Shown: positions 1 to 10,422, counted from the stretch's first letter. The stretch is 64,000 bases of DNA from Myxococcota bacterium (GCA_040386535.1 JAZKFH010000037.1:42430-106429); one strand, 5' to 3'. Made by a program: numbers and translations. Notes: generated by a model not told the origin, from the letters alone.

Positions 1-915
1 GAACGCGACTCTTCCTGGTTCATCCGCAACGGTGCCCGCACCGTGGTCGGGCGCGCGTCCGACCAGCTGGGGCTGATCTCGCTCGCAGACACCGCACCGT
101 TCGACGAGCGGGTGAACAAGTACGCGACGGTGGCCGATCTGGACCGGGGCCTGATGGTCGCGTTTCTCGAGGAGGTTCGAAGCGACCTGCGTGGGCCCGC
201 CGCCACGCTGCCCCTCGTGGAGCTCGGGCGGCGGATGCACGTGGTCGCGGGCTGGTCGGAATGGACGTACCCGCTGAACGTGGGGTTGCTCTTCTTCAAT
301 TCCGCGCCTCACCGCTTCTTCCCGGGCACCCAGATCGACGTCGTGTGGGTCCCGGAAGGTCCGGGGGCCAGTCCCCTCACGGAGAAGGAGTTTCGCGGGC
401 CGATCCACCACATCCTCCGCGAAGCACTCGACTACATCAACCGCAACTACGTGTCGGTGACAGTGATCGGGCACGCCGATCGCGCCGAGGCCGACCGCGT
501 GTCCAACTTCCCCCTCGACGCGATCCAGGAGGCGCTCGTCAACGCGATGTACCACCGGGCCTACGACGAGCGAAAGCCGGTCGAAGTCCGAATTGGTCGA
601 AACGAGTTGTCGGTGAGGAGCTACCCCGGTCCCGACCGCTCGGTGAAGCTCGAAGCGCTCCGGGCCGGCCGGGCGATGCCGCGGCGCTACCGCAACCGGC
701 GGATCGGGGAGATGCTCGAGGAGTTGGACCTCACCGAAGGGCGCGGTACCGGCATCTCGAAGATCATCGGCGCGATGCGGGAGAACGGGTCGCCCCCTGC
801 TGTGTTCGAGTTCGACGAGCACCACGACTACTTCCTGGTGACCCTGCCCGTGCACCCGAAGGCCGCCCGCCTCACGGTGGATGTCGTGGGAGAAGGGCCG
901 GCCGTCACCGAGTGA
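1..915 (+). CDS. ATP-binding protein with RecG C-terminal-like HATPase_c_4 domain (AlbA_2/Schlafen-type regulator family), 5'-partial
   Basis: Frame is open from base 1. Motifs NVGLLFF, FPLDAIQEALVNAMYHRAY, RRYRNRRIGEML, TEGRGTGISKI. Ends without the usual C-terminal HTH. Confidence 0.75.
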   Translation, partial: ERDSSWFIRNGARTVVGRASDQLGLISLADTAPFDERVNKYATVADLDRGLMVAFLEEVRSDLRGPAATLPLVELGRRMHVVAGWSEWTYPLNVGLLFFNSAPHRFFPGTQIDVVWVPEGPGASPLTEKEFRGPIHHILREALDYINRNYVSVTVIGHADRAEADRVSNFPLDAIQEALVNAMYHRAYDERKPVEVRIGRNELSVRSYPGPDRSVKLEALRAGRAMPRRYRNRRIGEMLEELDLTEGRGTGISKIIGAMRENGSPPAVFEFDEHHDYFLVTLPVHPKAARLTVDVVGEGPAVTE

Positions 916-985
916 GCCTCGCGTGGGACGGGGGCACCCATCCCCCGCGCTTGACGGCCCAGCGAGGGTGGGGAAGAGTGTGGGG

Positions 986-2062
986 ATGGGGGGGCTTTCT
1001 GTCTATGCGCTGATCTGCTTCGTCGCGGCCCTCTTCGGCCTGGTGATCTTCGCAGGCTGGCCGCTCGCGGTGGTTGCGCACGAAGCCGGACACGTCCTCG
1101 CGGCCCGCCTTGCGGGGCTGCGGACGTATCGAGTGGACATCGGCCAGGGGGCGCCCCGCTTCGTGCGCAACGTACGCGGCGTCCACCTCGTGGTGCATCG
1201 CGACATCTTCGAGGGAAGTCACACGTGGGTCGCGGCTGACCACACTGAGGGATGGCGGTGGCGGCGGACGTTGACATGTGTGGGAGGTCCACTCACCAAC
1301 ATCCTGATTTGCGTCGCACTCGTGGCCGCGGCCTGGCGATTCGACAACATTTTCCTGACACTCGTGCTCGGTCTCGTCGCGTGTCCGCACGGAATCGTCG
1401 TGGCCCTCGAGCTCCTTCCGTTCGCACGGGTGCCGCCCACCGACGCGGTCCAAATCTGGCGGGTGCTCACCCGCTCCGACGCCTCGATCAGCCAAGACGT
1501 GAACGAGGCCCTCGCGTTCGAGCTTCGGGACCTGTTCCAGAGCGGACGGGGCGAGGAGGCGCGCGCACGTTCGGTCCATCTGGTGACCCTGGAGCCGGAA
1601 AATTTCATGGCCAACGTCGCGGTCGGGGAGTTCGACTTCGAGGCCGGCCGCTGGGCATCCGCCGCGGTGCACCTCCGGCGCGCCGTCGCGGACCCCGAGT
1701 TCGACGAGCTGTCCACCGAGTCGCGGGCCCTCTTGCTCCACCACCTCGCATCCGCGCTCACGTTCGGCGACGACCCCGCGGGCTTCACCGAGGCGCTCGT
1801 GGCGGCGGAGGCGGCGCTCGCGCTCACACCGGACGACCTCCTGGTGCTCACCACGTGTGGGATGGCCCGCGTACGCGCCGGGCACGTCGACGAAGGGGTT
1901 GCGCTGCTCGAGCGCGTCTGGGAGGCCTCCCATGACTGCGTCCCGGATTCGCGCGAGGCCTCCGCGCGCAGCCTCGCCGCATGTGCTCTCTGGCTCGCCT
2001 GCTTGCGTCGCGACGACCAGGAGGGTGCCGACCGCTGGTGCGCCATCGCCAACGGAGCGTGA
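986..2062 (+). CDS. M50 family (site-2) membrane metallopeptidase with C-terminal TPR-like repeats
   Basis: HEAGH (HExxH) after a TM helix, GGPLTN, LLP..PTDA third-ligand region, helical repeats. Start moved to ATG 986. Confidence 0.75.
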   Translation: MGGLSVYALICFVAALFGLVIFAGWPLAVVAHEAGHVLAARLAGLRTYRVDIGQGAPRFVRNVRGVHLVVHRDIFEGSHTWVAADHTEGWRWRRTLTCVGGPLTNILICVALVAAAWRFDNIFLTLVLGLVACPHGIVVALELLPFARVPPTDAVQIWRVLTRSDASISQDVNEALAFELRDLFQSGRGEEARARSVHLVTLEPENFMANVAVGEFDFEAGRWASAAVHLRRAVADPEFDELSTESRALLLHHLASALTFGDDPAGFTEALVAAEAALALTPDDLLVLTTCGMARVRAGHVDEGVALLERVWEASHDCVPDSREASARSLAACALWLACLRRDDQEGADRWCAIANGA

Positions 2063-2084
2063 TCGACCGGCCCTCCCGGGGCTC

Positions 2085-3842
2085 CTAGCGCTGCCCCGTC
2101 TGCAGCCGCCACAACGCCGCGTAGTGCCCGTCCCGCGCCAACAACGTGGCGTGATCGCCCGTCTCCACGATCCTTCCTGCCTCCATCACGTGGATGCGGG
2201 TGGCATGCCGCACGGTGGACAACCGGTGCGCGATGATCAAGCTGGTACGCCCGATCACCAGCGTGTCCAACGACCGCTGGATCGCCGCTTCGGTCTCGTT
2301 GTCCACCGCGGAGGTGGCCTCGTCCAGGATGAGGATCGGCGGGTTCTTCAGGATCGCCCGCGCCAACGCCAGCCGCTGCCGCTGCCCGCCCGAGAGCTTC
2401 ATCCCCCGCTCGCCCACCTGCGTGTCGTAGCCCTGGGGGAGGGCCGCGATGAACGTGTGCGCCTCGGCGGCGGTCGCCGCGGCCACGATTGCCTCGCGTG
2501 GGCAGCCGGTGAGCCCGTAGGCGATGTTGTCGGCGACGCTGCCGTCCGTCAGGAAGCTGTCTTGAGCGACGTACCCGATGTTCCGGCGCAGGTCGGAGAG
2601 GGCCAACGTGTGAATCGGCTGGCCATCCACGCGGATGCTGCCCGGCGTGGTGTCGTACAGCCGCAAGAGGAGCTTCGTGAGCGTGCTCTTGCCGCTCCCC
2701 GTGCTCCCGACGAACGCGACGGTCTCGCCCGGGGCGATGGTGACGCTCACGTCCTCCAGCGCGTGCGCGGCGCCCTCGCCCCCGTAGGAGAAGCGCACGT
2801 GGTCGAACACGACTTCTCCGCGAACCGTCGGCAGCGCGGCGCCGTCGTAGCCGATGGCGAGAGGCGTCTGGAGCAGGTTCATCACGCGGTCGATCGAGGA
2901 CATCGAGCGCTGGTACAGATCGGTGAGGTCGGCCAGCCGCGTGAGCGGCCAGAGCAGGCGCTGGGTGAGGTAGACGAGCACCGAGTAGCTGCCGACGGCC
3001 AGCGCGCCGTCCAACGTGAGGAACCCGCCGTAGAGCAGCGTGATGGTGAAGCCGGCGAGGATCGCCACGCGGATCACCGGCGTGATGGCGGCCGACAGCC
3101 GGATGGCCTCGCGGTTGCGCGCACGGTAGGTGTCGGAGGCGTCGCGGATGTGTTCGGCCTCGAAGTCCTCCGCCGTGTAGGCCTTGATCGTCGCGATCCC
3201 CTGGAGGTTGTTGGAGAGCCTCGCCGACATCGCCCCCGCGGCGGCGCGCACGGCGGCGTACCGCGGCGCGAGGCGGTTCTGGAACCAGAACGCACCGAAC
3301 AGGATGAAGGGGACCGGCAGGAGCGCGAGCAGCGCCAGCTTCGGGCTCAACGCGAAGAACACGGCGCCCACCATGAGCGTGCCGACGAAGACCTGCAGCA
3401 CCTCGTTGGCGCCGCCGTTGAGGAAGCGCTCCATCTGGTTGATGTCGTCGTTGAGGATGGAGAGGAGGTTGCCCGTGCGGTTCCGCTCGAACCACGCCAG
3501 CTCGAGCCGCTGCACGTGGGCGTAGGCGTCCATGCGAAGCGCGTGTTGGAGGTTCTGGGCGAGGTTCCGCCACTTCACCTCGTACAGATACTGGAAGAGC
3601 GACTCGCCGAGCCAGATGACCACGGTGAGCCCGGCCAGCACCACGAGCTGCTGGCGCGGGTCCGTCACGCCGCCGCGGGCCAGGAACGAGTCGGTCCGGT
3701 TCACGACAACGTCGACCGCCACGCCGATGAGGACCTCGGGCAACACGTCGAAGAACTTGTTGAGGACCGAGTAGACGGACGCCAACACGACGTCGCGGCG
3801 GTAGCCGCGCGCGTAGGTGAACAGACGGGTGAGCGCGTGCAC
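2085..3842 (-). CDS. ABC transporter fused permease/ATP-binding protein (exporter)
   Basis: N-terminal TM domain, Walker A GSTGSGKS, LSGGQRQR, ILILDEATSAVD, IAHRLST. Confidence 0.95.
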   Translation of the reverse strand: MHALTRLFTYARGYRRDVVLASVYSVLNKFFDVLPEVLIGVAVDVVVNRTDSFLARGGVTDPRQQLVVLAGLTVVIWLGESLFQYLYEVKWRNLAQNLQHALRMDAYAHVQRLELAWFERNRTGNLLSILNDDINQMERFLNGGANEVLQVFVGTLMVGAVFFALSPKLALLALLPVPFILFGAFWFQNRLAPRYAAVRAAAGAMSARLSNNLQGIATIKAYTAEDFEAEHIRDASDTYRARNREAIRLSAAITPVIRVAILAGFTITLLYGGFLTLDGALAVGSYSVLVYLTQRLLWPLTRLADLTDLYQRSMSSIDRVMNLLQTPLAIGYDGAALPTVRGEVVFDHVRFSYGGEGAAHALEDVSVTIAPGETVAFVGSTGSGKSTLTKLLLRLYDTTPGSIRVDGQPIHTLALSDLRRNIGYVAQDSFLTDGSVADNIAYGLTGCPREAIVAAATAAEAHTFIAALPQGYDTQVGERGMKLSGGQRQRLALARAILKNPPILILDEATSAVDNETEAAIQRSLDTLVIGRTSLIIAHRLSTVRHATRIHVMEAGRIVETGDHATLLARDGHYAALWRLQTGQR

Positions 3843-3973
3843 GCGGCCTCCGGGGGGGTGCGCGCCCCCTTACCCGGTCGCGATGGCGGGCGAGTTCACT
3901 CGCCGTTGACGGAAAGTAGGGGCGCTTCGACCCAACCGGGGGCACACTGCGGCTCGAACCGGACAGATGCTCT

Positions 3974-4864
3974 TTGATGCCTGCCAAGCCGCCCGCGCTA
4001 GCGCTCCTCACGCTCCTCTGCGCGTGCTCGCCAGCGCCCGTGGATACCGACGCGGCGATTGACACGTGGACCGACACCGGGACACCACCTGCGCCGGAAT
4101 ACCGGGAGATCGCCCCGCAGTGGACAGCGGAAGAGGCGGTGGCCTATCTCGAGGAGGTCTTCGCGTACGGATGGCTTGACCCCGTGTACACGTGGGGCGA
4201 ATTCAACGGCCTGCTCGCCTTCGGGGACGAGGAGTGCCCGGGGAACAACCTCCAGTCCATCTCCTCCCTCTGGGGGTGCTGGTCGGACTCGGGCTATTGG
4301 TACCTCGGCCCGGGGAGCTTCACCTGGCAGGAGTCCGAGGGAACCGACGCGGAAGGCGCCTACCTGTTGGAGGAACTGCGGACCCGCGAAGGCGATTTCG
4401 AGATCCTGACGCCAAGTGGTGAGCGTTTCGTCAGCGGTGCTTCGTACGAGTGGTCCCGGCTCACCTACCCCCGCCGCACGCTCGCCAGCACGGTCTTTCG
4501 GGGCAGCATGCAGTGGACTGGCAGCGATCGCGCCTGGCTGGCCAACTCGATGAGCGCCGCGCTCTGGACCACGGCCCAGATCGGCGGGGGCACCTCGGTG
4601 CGAATCATGGGGGCCTACGGAGTAGACGGCCACTACGTCTACTTCGAGGACCTGTTTTTCGACGGCGACAGTTGTGGTTGGCAGCCGAAGGGTGGCGCTG
4701 TCCACTTGCGCCAGGCCGACCAATCCAGCACCGTGCTGACATTCGACGATGACTGCAGCGGGTGTGTCGACGTGACCTGGGAGGACCAGGATTTGGGCCG
4801 AGTCTGCGCCGATTGGTCAGCCTACGCGTTGGACATCGCGAACACCACCACGGGCGCCCCATGA
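3974..4864 (+). CDS. Hypothetical lipoprotein
   Basis: Signal LALLTLLCAC; Cys/Trp/acidic-rich; ATGA overlap with next gene. Confidence 0.7.
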   Translation: MMPAKPPALALLTLLCACSPAPVDTDAAIDTWTDTGTPPAPEYREIAPQWTAEEAVAYLEEVFAYGWLDPVYTWGEFNGLLAFGDEECPGNNLQSISSLWGCWSDSGYWYLGPGSFTWQESEGTDAEGAYLLEELRTREGDFEILTPSGERFVSGASYEWSRLTYPRRTLASTVFRGSMQWTGSDRAWLANSMSAALWTTAQIGGGTSVRIMGAYGVDGHYVYFEDLFFDGDSCGWQPKGGAVHLRQADQSSTVLTFDDDCSGCVDVTWEDQDLGRVCADWSAYALDIANTTTGAP

Positions 4865-6519
4865 CGTTGTTTGCACTGCTGTCCCTCTCGTCGTGCGGCG
4901 AGCCCGCGCCGGACTCGCCGGGCACCGCGCCGGATTCGGCGGGCCCCGCGGCGGACGCCCCACGCTTCGAGCCGCTGAGTGACCTTCGCTTCCTCCGCCG
5001 GCTGAGCCTGGATCTCCGGGGGACCCTCCCGTCGGTGGACGAATACCTGCAGGTCGAGTCCGACCCGGCCGCGATCCTGTCGCTGCGGGCCGCGTGGATG
5101 GAAGATCCCCTGTTCGAAGAACGCCTGGTGATGCTCCTGGGTGAGCGCTGGCACACGCTGATCGACGAGTTCGACGGTTTTTACTACGACTTTCAACTCA
5201 GTGGGGACCAACGGTACGACTTCCAGCGTTCGGTCGGACAGGAGCCCCTCCGCCTGCTCGCGCACGTCGTCACCGCCGATCTGCCCTGGTCAGACGTCGT
5301 CACCGCCGACTACACGATGGTGAACCCGCTCCTGGCCGACATCTGGCCCGTCGAAGGATACCCGGAAGGCGGCGAGGGTTGGCTTCCCGCCACCTACACG
5401 GACGGCCGCCCGGCGGCCGGAGTCCTCGCGACCAATGGGTTGTGGTGGCGCTACTCGTCGACCACGTTCAACCAGAACCGCGCCCGCGCCGCGGTCATCG
5501 CGCGGCTCCTCGTCTGTGAGGATCTGCTCACACGCCCGGTGACCTTTGCCGGCAGCGAGGAGCTGTTGCTCGCCGAGGACACGAGCAGCATGGTCCGCTC
5601 GGTGCCGGCGTGCCTGGCCTGCCACAGCACGGTCGAGCCGCTCGCGGCGGCGCTGTTCGGCTTCTACCTGATCCAACCCGCCAGCGCCTACGAGAAGACG
5701 CTGTACCATCCCGAGCGCGAGATCATCGGCCCGCTCGAACTCCAGGTGGAGCCCGCATTTTTTGGCACACCCGTGAACGGGCTGGAAGAGCTTGGCCGGG
5801 TGATCGCGGCGGATGAACGTTTCGCGGCCTGCGCGGTGGAGACCTTCACCGAGGCCCTGCTGGCGCGAGACACCACGCTCGACGATTTCCTGGAGACCGA
5901 ACGACTCCAGAAAGACTTCGTCGCGGGCGATTTGCGTGTCAAGCCGTTGCTCGCCGCGGTGATGGACATGCCGGAATACCGCGCGGGCGGCATCACCGAC
6001 GCGGTGACAGACACCGACGCGGATCAGCCCATGACGGCACGGATGGTGGGCGCGCCGCTGCTGCGGAGCATCTACCTCGATCTGACGGACTACGACTGGG
6101 TCATGTACGGTACGGCGCTCCTGGACGATGACCTGTACGGCGTCCGGGTGCTGGGCGGCGGCGTCGACGGCGAATTCATGCTCACGCCGCAGCAGGACCC
6201 GGGCATGACCTGGGCGCTGGTGGCAGAGCGGACCGCGCAGCTGATGGCTCAAGTGATTGTCGGCAATGAGCTGGTCGAGGGCGTGGGCCACGGCGACCTG
6301 CTGTCCGGGGCGAGCCTGGCGCTGCCATCGACCGATCCCGCGTGGGAACAGGTCGTGGGCCTCCTGCATCTACGCTTGTTCGGGGAGCGGCCGGACGTGG
6401 AGCGCCTCGCAGCATACGCCGATCTCTTCGAACGTCTCCAGGTCGGCGCGGACGCCGAGACCGCCTGGACCGGCCTGCTCGTGGCGATGCTGCGGGATCC
6501 TGAGTTTCTCGCCTACTGA
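4861..6519 (+). CDS. DUF1549/DUF1588/DUF1585-like lipoprotein with CxxCH heme motif
   Basis: Start ATG 4861 (MTLFALLSLSSC); FLRRLSLDLRGTLPS; CLACHSTVEPLA; C-terminal LRDPEFLAY. Confidence 0.75.
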   Translation: MTLFALLSLSSCGEPAPDSPGTAPDSAGPAADAPRFEPLSDLRFLRRLSLDLRGTLPSVDEYLQVESDPAAILSLRAAWMEDPLFEERLVMLLGERWHTLIDEFDGFYYDFQLSGDQRYDFQRSVGQEPLRLLAHVVTADLPWSDVVTADYTMVNPLLADIWPVEGYPEGGEGWLPATYTDGRPAAGVLATNGLWWRYSSTTFNQNRARAAVIARLLVCEDLLTRPVTFAGSEELLLAEDTSSMVRSVPACLACHSTVEPLAAALFGFYLIQPASAYEKTLYHPEREIIGPLELQVEPAFFGTPVNGLEELGRVIAADERFAACAVETFTEALLARDTTLDDFLETERLQKDFVAGDLRVKPLLAAVMDMPEYRAGGITDAVTDTDADQPMTARMVGAPLLRSIYLDLTDYDWVMYGTALLDDDLYGVRVLGGGVDGEFMLTPQQDPGMTWALVAERTAQLMAQVIVGNELVEGVGHGDLLSGASLALPSTDPAWEQVVGLLHLRLFGERPDVERLAAYADLFERLQVGADAETAWTGLLVAMLRDPEFLAY

Positions 6520-6556
6520 TCCTCTCCACACTGACCTTCTCCACCCTGGCGTGCCG

Positions 6557-7825
6557 ATGTCCGTCTCCCGTCGAGACTTCAACCGTCTGGCCCTCGCGGG
6601 GCTCGCGGGCCTCGCTGCCGCCGGGTCCGGCGTGGCGGTGGCTGCCCCATCGCCGGACGAGCGTAAATTCCTCTTCGTCTACGCGCGCGGCGGCTGGGAC
6701 TACAGCTACGTCTTCGCGCCGCTGTTCGACAATCCCTACTGCGACATGGACCCCACCGCGACCACCGCCGAGGAGGGCGGGCTCCCGTTCGTCGACAGCG
6801 AGGGCCGTCCGTCCGTCCGGACCTTCATGGAACGGTACGGAAATCGAACGCTGTTCGTGAACGGGTACGAGATCGCAAGCGTGACCCACCCTCGCTGCGC
6901 CCAGATCCTGCTCACCGGCAAGGCCGGCGCGATCCGTGACGACTTTCCGTCCATCCTCGCCGCCAGCTCGCCCGTGAATCTGCTGATGCCCTACGCGGTG
7001 CTCAGCGGGCCGGCCTACACCGCGAGCTCCGTGGTACGGGTCGGGAGCGACCAGCAGCTCCCCACCCTTCTGAACGGCTCCATCCTCCAGCGCGGGCAAA
7101 CCCGGTTCTCCCTCCCGTCCACCGAATCGGACGCCCTCGTCGATGCGTTCGTCCAGGAACGCGCGGCCGCCTACGCCAGCACCGCCGGGCGGGGCCGGAC
7201 ACAACGATACGCGCAGTCACACGACCACGTGCTCGGTCAGATTCAGGACGTGTACGGCTTGGGTGACCCCGCCGCACTGTTCGACTCGACCGTTCCCGGT
7301 ACGACCCAGCTCACGACGGCTGTCAAGCTGCTGACGCTCGGACTGTCACGCTGCGTGATGCTCCAGGACGATGGCATGTACGACATGTCGTGGGACACCC
7401 ACGCCGTCAACTCCGACCAGAACCACCACTTCGAGCTCCTCTTCCAGAAGCTGCTGGACATCGTCGCCGCGCTCGACGGCGCCACCAGCATCGCAGGAAA
7501 CCGGCTGTCCGACGAGGTCGTGGTGGTCGTGCTCTCGGAGATGGGGCGAGACCCGCGGCTGAACAACAGCAGCGGAAAGCACCATTGGACCTGGACCAGC
7601 GCCATGCTCCTCGGTCCAGGCATCACCGGTGGCCGTGCCATCGGCGGGTTCGACGAGTTCGTGACCGGCGAGAAGGTCGACCACGACAGCGGCGAGCTGT
7701 CGAGCACAGGGACCACGCTGAGCGCATCCGACCTTGGGGCCACCCTCCTGATGCTCGGGGGTGTCGACCCTGCCGAACACCTTCCCGAAGGCAAACCGAT
7801 CCTGGGGATCATCACCGATGTGTAG
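6557..7825 (+). CDS. DUF1501 domain protein, Tat signal
   Basis: MSVSRRDF twin-arginine signal; FVYARGGWD, WDTH, VLSEMGRDP, GKHHW. Confidence 0.85.
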   Translation: MSVSRRDFNRLALAGLAGLAAAGSGVAVAAPSPDERKFLFVYARGGWDYSYVFAPLFDNPYCDMDPTATTAEEGGLPFVDSEGRPSVRTFMERYGNRTLFVNGYEIASVTHPRCAQILLTGKAGAIRDDFPSILAASSPVNLLMPYAVLSGPAYTASSVVRVGSDQQLPTLLNGSILQRGQTRFSLPSTESDALVDAFVQERAAAYASTAGRGRTQRYAQSHDHVLGQIQDVYGLGDPAALFDSTVPGTTQLTTAVKLLTLGLSRCVMLQDDGMYDMSWDTHAVNSDQNHHFELLFQKLLDIVAALDGATSIAGNRLSDEVVVVVLSEMGRDPRLNNSSGKHHWTWTSAMLLGPGITGGRAIGGFDEFVTGEKVDHDSGELSSTGTTLSASDLGATLLMLGGVDPAEHLPEGKPILGIITDV

Positions 7826-8174
7826 GTTCCTCGCGTCCGGGGCGCTCGCCGCCTGCATCGCGTGCACCCCCGCCTCGGGCGACAGCGGCGCCGCGGCAGT
7901 CGTCGACCCCCTCTGCGATCAGGGCTACGAGCTGACCTGGGCGTCCTGGGGAGAGGCGTACTTCGGCACCTACTGCGACGCGTGTCACGCGGCCGATTCT
8001 CCCAACCGCTTCGGCGCACCGGAGGGAATCAGCTTCGACACCGTGGCCGAGGCCCGCACGTGGGCGCCCAGGATCCGCGCCCGGGTACTGGACGACCAGA
8101 CGATGCCCCTGGGCGGCGGTGTCAACGAGGACGACTTGTATCTCCTCGACGTTTATCTCACCTGCCGCTTATGA
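7818..8174 (+). CDS. Small c-type cytochrome lipoprotein
   Basis: Lipobox-like ACIAC, YCDACH, distal TMP Met ligand; overlaps the DUF1501 stop. Confidence 0.75.
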   Translation: MCRFLASGALAACIACTPASGDSGAAAVVDPLCDQGYELTWASWGEAYFGTYCDACHAADSPNRFGAPEGISFDTVAEARTWAPRIRARVLDDQTMPLGGGVNEDDLYLLDVYLTCRL

Positions 8175-8195
8175 AGGCGGCCCCGAGGCCTCACG

Positions 8196-8555
8196 ATGCT
8201 GATTCTCGCGCTCCTTCCCGCCGCGCTCGCCGTATCTCCCATGGATCGTGATGACGCCTGGCGGGCCAGGTACCTCCCGGATCCGCAGGTCGCATGGTCG
8301 CAGAGCATCACGATCGGCTTTGGTACGGGCCACTTCTACGCCCACGACCCGGTGGCGGGAGGGATTCACCTCTCGATCCAGGCCCTCGGCGCGGCGATCA
8401 TCGCGGGTGGGCTGGCAAAGGATGGCAATGGGACGGCCGTGATCTCGGCCGGCGCCCTGCTGTTCATCGGGGACCGCATCGTCGATGCCGTGACAGCGCC
8501 GCTCGCCGCGCATCGGTTCCGCGCCCGCCGGGGGCACGACGAACTCGAAGAGTAG
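8196..8555 (+). CDS. Hypothetical membrane/secreted protein
   Basis: Signal-like N-terminus, GFGTGHFYA and two hydrophobic helices. Confidence 0.6.
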   Translation: MLILALLPAALAVSPMDRDDAWRARYLPDPQVAWSQSITIGFGTGHFYAHDPVAGGIHLSIQALGAAIIAGGLAKDGNGTAVISAGALLFIGDRIVDAVTAPLAAHRFRARRGHDELEE

Positions 8556-8565
8556 CTATCGCCGC

Positions 8566-8946
8566 TCATTTTCTGCACGCACCCTGGCTTAGGGTCGCGG
8601 CAGGAACATCGGCTCGAGAGTAGTCGGAGTAGAGCCGAACGGAGCACGTGTGGTCGAGTGCCTTCGGCGGAACCCTCTCCGTGTATCCCTCTGGTAGAAG
8701 GCCGTATTTGAACCGCGATGCGGGCTGTTGCCCGGACGAAGCGTGAGAGATCGACCACAGGGTCTCGCCCGTTGCGGGGTCCTGGATCTGCAGGTCGGTG
8801 GTTCCTGACTCGTCCTCGCATCTCCGACCAGCTGTGACGATGAATTCGTCGCTCCCGTCGGGAGCCCGGTCGACACAAAGCGCGGGGCCCCAGTGACAGC
8901 CGACGAGGACCAGGGCCCCACCAATTCGAAGACTGTCGATAGCCAT
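8566..8946 (-). CDS. Hypothetical (possible lipoprotein)
   Basis: 126 aa ORF, ALVLVGC lipobox-like segment, visibly lower GC than flanks. Confidence 0.5.
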   Translation of the reverse strand: MAIDSLRIGGALVLVGCHWGPALCVDRAPDGSDEFIVTAGRRCEDESGTTDLQIQDPATGETLWSISHASSGQQPASRFKYGLLPEGYTERVPPKALDHTCSVRLYSDYSRADVPAATLSQGACRK

Positions 8947-9168
8947 GCGCAGGTCTTGTCACCGGTTCTCACGGTTCCGTAAACGTTGCCGTCCAGCGCG
9001 TCGACAAAGTTTCCAGGCTTGGCTGCGAGCGCCGCCCGCCCGCTCGTGCCCCGCCGCGCGCCAACCAGGTGGTCTACCCGGGGGGCCTCGCTGAACTCGT
9101 CCGGCGGCGTCGGGCGCCTCGTCGAACACCACCCCTCCCGCCCCCCTCCGTTGGCGTTACGGACGCCC

Positions 9169-10194
9169 ATGCTCCCCACTCCCGCCACCGCCCCCGCCGA
9201 AGCCGTCCGGCTCCTCGCCGGAGAGCTCCTCGCGTCCATCGCCGCGGACCACCCAGACCAGGCGAGCGCCCTCTGCAGTGAGGAGTTCCGCACCCAGGCG
9301 CGCCTTTCCTGTACGCGGCTCGTGACGGAGCTCGGCAAGCTCGACGCGCCCATCGGCATCGGGGATGCCGTCACCGTCGACACCAGCGGGGTCGTGCGTC
9401 TCGACGTTCGTGTCCATGGCGAGACGGCCTCGATTTGGTTGCGCGCCGAGCGCAGGGGCGCCCGCTGGCTGTTCGTGGACGGGGTCGACGCGGACGAGGG
9501 GCCCGCCCGACTCGGCGTTCCGGCCGCCGCCCCCGGCGCCTTCGCGACCGCGTTCATGGACGCCGCACCCCGGGGCCCCGAGGCGCTCCGCCCGCTCTGC
9601 ACCGCAGCGTTCCGCGCGCTCGACGAGTTCGGCTGCGACAACTTCGCCAGCCAGGCGTCGAGGAAAGCGTTCGCATTCTCGGTGTACCGAGAAGAAGCCG
9701 CGGGAGACCGGCGTGTCGTCGTGCTCGACGTGCTCCGGGACGGAAAGGCGCTGGACCGCGTCTGGCTGTACGTCGTGTCCGAGCTGGGCTCCGAGCGGGT
9801 GGACAGTATCGACGAGTCCCCGCGACACGCCTCGGCGTTCCTCGAGGGGAAGGTGCCAGGGCTCATCGACCTCGACGCGCTCCCAGAGGACGCGGACCTG
9901 CGCCGCCTCGGCGAAGCACTGCTCTCCACCGCCGCGGGCAAGCCGGGGAAGACCCCGTGGGGTGACACGGATATGACCGCGTGGGTGGCCCGTATCGCGG
10001 AGCTCTCCTCACCCACCCTCGGACGCACGTGGCGTTTGGACGGCGTGGGGACGGGGGCGATTTGTTTCCTCCCAAGTGAGGGCAGCGCGCTCAACCTCCA
10101 CGCGGTCCGGGACCAGACGGGCTGGAGGATCATCGACTACGCGTACGGTGCGCCGAGGTGCCACGTGGGGGTCGACGACCTCATGCCTCGCTGA
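9169..10194 (+). CDS. Hypothetical protein
   Basis: ATG 9169 in long ORF with host-like codon usage; no family recognised. Confidence 0.6.
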   Translation: MLPTPATAPAEAVRLLAGELLASIAADHPDQASALCSEEFRTQARLSCTRLVTELGKLDAPIGIGDAVTVDTSGVVRLDVRVHGETASIWLRAERRGARWLFVDGVDADEGPARLGVPAAAPGAFATAFMDAAPRGPEALRPLCTAAFRALDEFGCDNFASQASRKAFAFSVYREEAAGDRRVVVLDVLRDGKALDRVWLYVVSELGSERVDSIDESPRHASAFLEGKVPGLIDLDALPEDADLRRLGEALLSTAAGKPGKTPWGDTDMTAWVARIAELSSPTLGRTWRLDGVGTGAICFLPSEGSALNLHAVRDQTGWRIIDYAYGAPRCHVGVDDLMPR

Positions 10195-10199
10195 AGGCC

Positions 10200-10359
10200 C
10201 AACGTCTCGCGCGCGGGGGCGCCCCGCCGGGCGAGGACGCCCGGCGGCGGTCGTCCTCCGGGCGCGCGCCAGAGGCGCTTGGTTCGCGCCGGCCCGTCCG
10301 GGCCCGGGCCGTCGCGGAACCGCCGGCGCGGCGCCGGCGCCCTCCGGCCGACCTGGCGC
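10200..10359 (+). repeat. Structured GC-rich intergenic repeat, copy L
   Basis: Shares ordered blocks with the reverse complement of 11186-11336; internal hairpins GAGGACG/CGTCCTC, GGTTC/GAACC, GCCGGC/GCCGGC. Confidence 0.7.
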
Positions 10360-10422
10360 GGGCGCGTCTTCGGTATGCGCGGGGGGGGACACCCTCGGCG
10401 GCGGCGGTGCTACCATCGAAGG

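Noticed and set aside
8950..9030. Minus-strand peptide GNFVDALDGNVYGTVRTGDK resembling a FISUMP start or an Rhs core end
   Set aside because: About 20 residues with no start or continuation; cannot be distinguished from chance without a search.
10197..10380. Integron attC site (GCCCAAC matches RYYYAAC just after a stop codon)
   Set aside because: No complementary GTTRRRY end, the fold is multi-hairpin rather than one attC stem, the second copy is inverted, and no integrase is present.
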